Assembly (NCBI GenBank): GCA_963769935.1 | Contig: CAVYNY010000007.1 | Span: 64,001-128,000, forward strand | Direction: 5' to 3' | Length of the DNA stretch: 64,000 nt | Source of the DNA: an uncultured delta proteobacterium | GTDB taxonomy: Bacteria > Desulfobacterota > Desulfobacteria > Desulfobacterales > JAFDCJ01 | Shown: positions 60,310-64,000 of the stretch, one piece after another | How positions within the stretch are numbered: position 1 is the stretch's first letter | Layout of the letters: every line of letters starts with the position of its first letter | Notes under the pieces: model-generated | Seen by the model: only the letters and a program-made list of their open reading frames with translations | What the model was told of the DNA's origin: nothing | Databases searched by the model: none | Program-made: the position numbers and the translations under genes

Positions 60310-61362
60310 ATGGCGCACAATATTGCCTTGATTCCAGGCGACGGCATCGGTAAGGAAGTAATACCGGCAGCAGTCCGGGTTCTGGATAGCCTGTCAAAGC
60401 GGCATGGCTTTGAAATGACCTATACCGAATTTCCTTTTTCCTGTGAGTATTATTTAAAGACCGGCAAAATGATGCCGGAGGATGGCATCGATAAACTTCG
60501 CAATTTCGATGCCATTTTCCTGGGCGCCGTTGGGGACCCCGAGGTTTCCGACCATGTTTCCTTATGGGGTCTGCTGCTCCCGATCCGGCGCCGGATGCAG
60601 CAGTATGTCAATGTCCGGCCCGTCAGGCTGCTGCCCGGCATATCCTCACCGCTCGCCAACCGCACCTCGGAAGATATCGACTTTATCGTGGTGCGCGAAA
60701 ATAATGAAGGCGAATACTCGGAAATCGGCGGCCGTCTTTACAGCGGTACAGATTCGGAGATGGTTGTCCAGGAAACCGTTTTCACCCGCAAGGGGGTGGA
60801 TCGCATTTTGCGGTACGCCTTCGAACTGGCCCGCAGTCGTCCGGAAAAGCATCTGACATCCGCCACCAAATCAAACGGCATCATCCACACCATGCCTTAC
60901 TGGGATGAGCGTTTCCGGGCCATATCCAAGGAATACCCGGAGGTTGCAGTCGATCAGTTCCATATCGATATTCTGACGGCCCACTTCGTGCAGCACCCCG
61001 ATTGGTTTGACGTCGTTGTCGGCAGCAACCTGTTTGGCGATATCCTGTCCGACCTTGGCCCCGCGATTGCCGGCAGTATTGGGATTGCCGCTTCTGCCAA
61101 TCTGAATCCCACCAAAGAATTTCCTTCCATGTTTGAGCCCGTCCACGGCTCAGCGCCTGATATCGCCGGCAAGGGCATTGCCAATCCCATCGGCGCCCTG
61201 TGGTCGGCCCAGATGATGCTGGAGTTTTTAGGAGAAGAAACGGCGGCGCGGGCCCTGATGAGTGCCATCGAAACCGCTACGGCCTCGAAAATTCTGACGC
61301 GGGACTTAGGCGGAGAGGCGACCACAAAATCGTTTACCGATGCCGTCATCCAAAACTTATAA
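60310..61362 (+). CDS. Tartrate dehydrogenase / D-malate dehydrogenase (decarboxylating)
   Basis: IPGDGIGKEV, DHVSLWGLL, RENNEGEYS, ATKSNG, MPYWD, FEPVHGSAPDIAG. Confidence 0.9.
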   Translation: MAHNIALIPGDGIGKEVIPAAVRVLDSLSKRHGFEMTYTEFPFSCEYYLKTGKMMPEDGIDKLRNFDAIFLGAVGDPEVSDHVSLWGLLLPIRRRMQQYVNVRPVRLLPGISSPLANRTSEDIDFIVVRENNEGEYSEIGGRLYSGTDSEMVVQETVFTRKGVDRILRYAFELARSRPEKHLTSATKSNGIIHTMPYWDERFRAISKEYPEVAVDQFHIDILTAHFVQHPDWFDVVVGSNLFGDILSDLGPAIAGSIGIAASANLNPTKEFPSMFEPVHGSAPDIAGKGIANPIGALWSAQMMLEFLGEETAARALMSAIETATASKILTRDLGGEATTKSFTDAVIQNL

Positions 61363-61373
61363 AGGGTGGACAA

Positions 61374-63602
61374 ATGAAATCAAAACGCTTCGAAAATCTG
61401 GCCAAGCGCCCCGTCAACCAGGAAACATTTATTAAACCCTGGCCGGAAACCGGACTGGCGGCCATGGAAAGCCCCCTTGATCCGGCCCCCGGTCTTAAGC
61501 TAGTCAATGGTCGGGTTGTAGAGATGGACGGCGTTGCCCGTGAAAATTTCGATATCATCGATCATTTCATCGTCGATCATGCGCTTGACCTGGCGATGGC
61601 GGAAAAGGCCCTGGCCACACCGTCGCTTGAAATCGCCCATATGCTGGCGGACATCAATGTTTCGCGGGCCGAGGTTCTTGGACTTGTCGGCGGCTGTACG
61701 CCCGCCAAACTGGTCGACATCGTCCAGCAGATGAATGTGCTGGAAATGATGATGGGGCTTGCCAAAATGCGGGCGCGCCGGACACCGGCCAATCAAGCCC
61801 ATGTGACCAATCGCAAAGAGCACCCGGCGCTGCTGGCGGCGGACGCTGCCGAAGCGGCCCTGCGCGGCTTTCATGAAATTGAGACAACCATCGGCGTTAC
61901 ACGCTATGCGCCGCTCAATGCCCTGTCCATCCTGGTCGGATCCCAGACCGGGCGGGGAGGGACGCTGACCCAGTGTGCGGTGGAAGAAGCCACCAATTTA
62001 AGGCTTGGATTCAAAGGTCTGACCACCTATTCCGAGACACTTTCGGTTTACGGCACGGAAAGAACTTTTATCGACGGCGATGATACCCCTTGGTCCAAGG
62101 CCTTTTTAGCGGCCGCCTACGCCAGTCGGGGTGTTAAAATCCGCTTTACTTCCGGTACGGGTGCCGCCGCTTTGATGGGACATTCCGAAGGCAAGTCCAT
62201 GCTGTTTTTAGAGGCGCGTTGCCTGCTGACCACCAAGGGCGCCGGCAGCCAGGGAACCCAGAACGGTTCGATCAGCTGTATCGCACTGCCCGAGTCCCTT
62301 CCGGGCGGGGTGCGTACGGTTCTGGCCGAAAATCTGATTGCAGCCATGCTGGGTCTGGAGGTGGCATCGGGCAACGATGCCCTGGCCTCCCAATCGGAAA
62401 TGCGCAAGAGCGCCAAACTCATGCTGCAATTTATTCCCGGCACCGACTTTATCACTTCCGGCTACGGGGCGATCCCGCGCTATGACAACATGTTCGGCGG
62501 CGGCAACTTCGACGTCAGTGAAATGGATGACTGGCTGGTGCTGCAGCGCGATATGCAGGTTGACGGCGGTATGGTGCCGGTGAAAGAGTCCGACGCTTTG
62601 CAGGTGCGTGAACGCGCCGCCCGGGCCATCCAGGCGGTCTTTGCCGCCTTTGGTTTTCCCGCCATCAGCGAGACCGAGGTTGCAGCCGCCGTCGAGGCCT
62701 ACAACAGTGAAGACATGCCCGACCGCGATAAGGTGGCTGATATTGAAGCCGCCGCCAGACTGCTGCACGGGCCGCTGACCGTCGTCGATGTCATCGCGGC
62801 CCTGGAAAAGGCCGGATTTCATGATGTTGCCGCCCCGGTTTTGGAGCTGCAGCGGCAGCGGGTCGTCGGCGACTACCTGCAGCCGTCGGCTGTTTTCGAC
62901 AAGAATTTTCAGGTGGTCAGCGCCCTGACCGATCCCAATGACTATCGGGGGCCGGGCACAGGCTACCGGGTTGAGGGGGATCGCTGGTCGGTTCTGCAAA
63001 ACCTGCCCCAGGCTTGGGACCCGCGTGCTTATCTGGACAGAATCAGCTCGGCCGGAGTTGAAAGCTGGCTGGAAGAAGGGCTGGCCGCCGCCGAAACCGG
63101 CGATCGTCCCGAGGTGGTTGTCGCGCTGGATCCGGCCTTTGGGGTTAAGATTCATCAAACCATCGGCGGGCTGGATCTGCGGGATGTGATCAGGGCCATT
63201 CTCGCGGGCATCGCTGAAGAGGGGCTGCCGGCAAGACTGGTGCGGGTGTATCACACGGCAGACTGTGCATTCATCGGCCATGCCGGCGCAAAATTGAGCG
63301 GATCCGGTGTTGCCATCGGCATTCAATCCAAGGGAACCACCGTCATTCATCAACGGGATTTGGCGCCTTTGGAGAATCTGGAGCTTTTTCCCCAGGCTCC
63401 CAACATGGAGCTGGAAACCTATCGCAGCATTGGCCGCAACGCCGCCCGTTATGCCGGCGGCAAACCGGCCTCACCGGTAGCTGTTAAAATCGACAACACG
63501 GCACGGTTGCGCTTGATCGTTCAGACCACCCTGCTGCAGCTGCTGGCCACCCGGCAGATTCAAAGCGGCCGGGCCCCGTGCGAGTTGCATGCCCGCTTAT
63601 AA
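61374..63602 (+). CDS. B12-dependent diol/glycerol dehydratase, fused large (alpha) + medium (beta) subunits
   Basis: MKSKRFENLAKRPVNQE start; NQAH, GDDTPWSK, QNGS, DYLQ; beta-like C-terminus GIAEEG...SGSGVAIGIQSKGTTVIH...NLELFPQAP. Confidence 0.92.
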   Translation: MKSKRFENLAKRPVNQETFIKPWPETGLAAMESPLDPAPGLKLVNGRVVEMDGVARENFDIIDHFIVDHALDLAMAEKALATPSLEIAHMLADINVSRAEVLGLVGGCTPAKLVDIVQQMNVLEMMMGLAKMRARRTPANQAHVTNRKEHPALLAADAAEAALRGFHEIETTIGVTRYAPLNALSILVGSQTGRGGTLTQCAVEEATNLRLGFKGLTTYSETLSVYGTERTFIDGDDTPWSKAFLAAAYASRGVKIRFTSGTGAAALMGHSEGKSMLFLEARCLLTTKGAGSQGTQNGSISCIALPESLPGGVRTVLAENLIAAMLGLEVASGNDALASQSEMRKSAKLMLQFIPGTDFITSGYGAIPRYDNMFGGGNFDVSEMDDWLVLQRDMQVDGGMVPVKESDALQVRERAARAIQAVFAAFGFPAISETEVAAAVEAYNSEDMPDRDKVADIEAAARLLHGPLTVVDVIAALEKAGFHDVAAPVLELQRQRVVGDYLQPSAVFDKNFQVVSALTDPNDYRGPGTGYRVEGDRWSVLQNLPQAWDPRAYLDRISSAGVESWLEEGLAAAETGDRPEVVVALDPAFGVKIHQTIGGLDLRDVIRAILAGIAEEGLPARLVRVYHTADCAFIGHAGAKLSGSGVAIGIQSKGTTVIHQRDLAPLENLELFPQAPNMELETYRSIGRNAARYAGGKPASPVAVKIDNTARLRLIVQTTLLQLLATRQIQSGRAPCELHARL

Positions 63603-63641
63603 AGCCAAAATAAATTGGAAGTAATACAAAGGAGTGTAAAT

Positions 63642-64000
63642 ATGGTCCAGGATAATGTGACGACTTTCACCGGACGTGCTTTGCAGGAGCTGTCGATAGA
63701 GAAGGTGCTCAGCGGTGAATTGACTGCCGAAGATTTTCGCATCAGTGCCGACACGTTGCGAAAACAGGCGGATGCTGCCGCATCCGGCGGATATCGGCAG
63801 CTGGCTGAAAACCTGCGCCGGGCGGCGGAGCTGACCTGCATATCCAACGAAGAGGTGCTGGACATTTACAACCAATTGCGTCCGGGACGTTCGAATTACA
63901 AAGCGCTGATTGCTTTGAGCGAGCGCCTCGAAAATGAATATCGGGCGTATCTGACGGCTGCGATGGTGCGAGAAGCGGCCGAAGTGTATCTGGAGCGTGG
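63642..64000 (+). CDS. Diol/glycerol dehydratase small (gamma) subunit, runs off the window
   Basis: Not in ORF track. TGRALQELS...DFRISADTLRKQA...NLRRAAEL...LDIYNQLRPGRS...REAAEVY. Confidence 0.9.
   Translation, partial: MVQDNVTTFTGRALQELSIEKVLSGELTAEDFRISADTLRKQADAAASGGYRQLAENLRRAAELTCISNEEVLDIYNQLRPGRSNYKALIALSERLENEYRAYLTAAMVREAAEVYLER

Noticed and set aside
61200..61373. 58-aa N-terminal extension of the dehydratase
   Set aside because: Overlaps the upstream gene; family numbering fits the ATG at 61374 exactly
1..64000. tRNA, rRNA, prophage, integrase or transposase genes
   Set aside because: None recognisable by eye or in the ORF track

Overview
A gene-dense bacterial chromosomal segment. 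Gene content and style suggest a sulfate-reducing deltaproteobacterium (Desulfobacterales-like; this is inference). Left part: 5' end of a CYTH gene, rplM-rpsI, a catabolic cluster (pxpABC, aldehyde dehydrogenase, a non-AdhE ALDH/Fe-ADH fusion, DapA-like enzyme), an internally deleted class III cyclase, a Liv-type ABC importer, a DRHyd/NDT-like TPR protein, DinB and a HIT remnant. Middle: MacAB-TolC-type efflux operon, HEPN-MNT pair, Zn-ADH, an Opp importer with M24 peptidase and DUF1445, and a DUF134-Mrp-MBL cluster. Right: signalling genes, selD with an in-frame UGA and SECIS-like hairpin (missed by the ORF track), dus, and tartrate dehydrogenase followed by a fused alpha/beta B12 diol dehydratase carrying Ala at position 336. 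The most distinctive non-coding signal is that many gene junctions, often inside operons, hold elements built from 7-10 nt degenerate tandem units arranged as inverted arms. At least six sequence families occur, some nested and some supplying stop codons. Five single-base frameshifts in short homopolymer or dinucleotide runs are probably sequencing errors. No rRNA, tRNA, CRISPR array or transposase was recognised.
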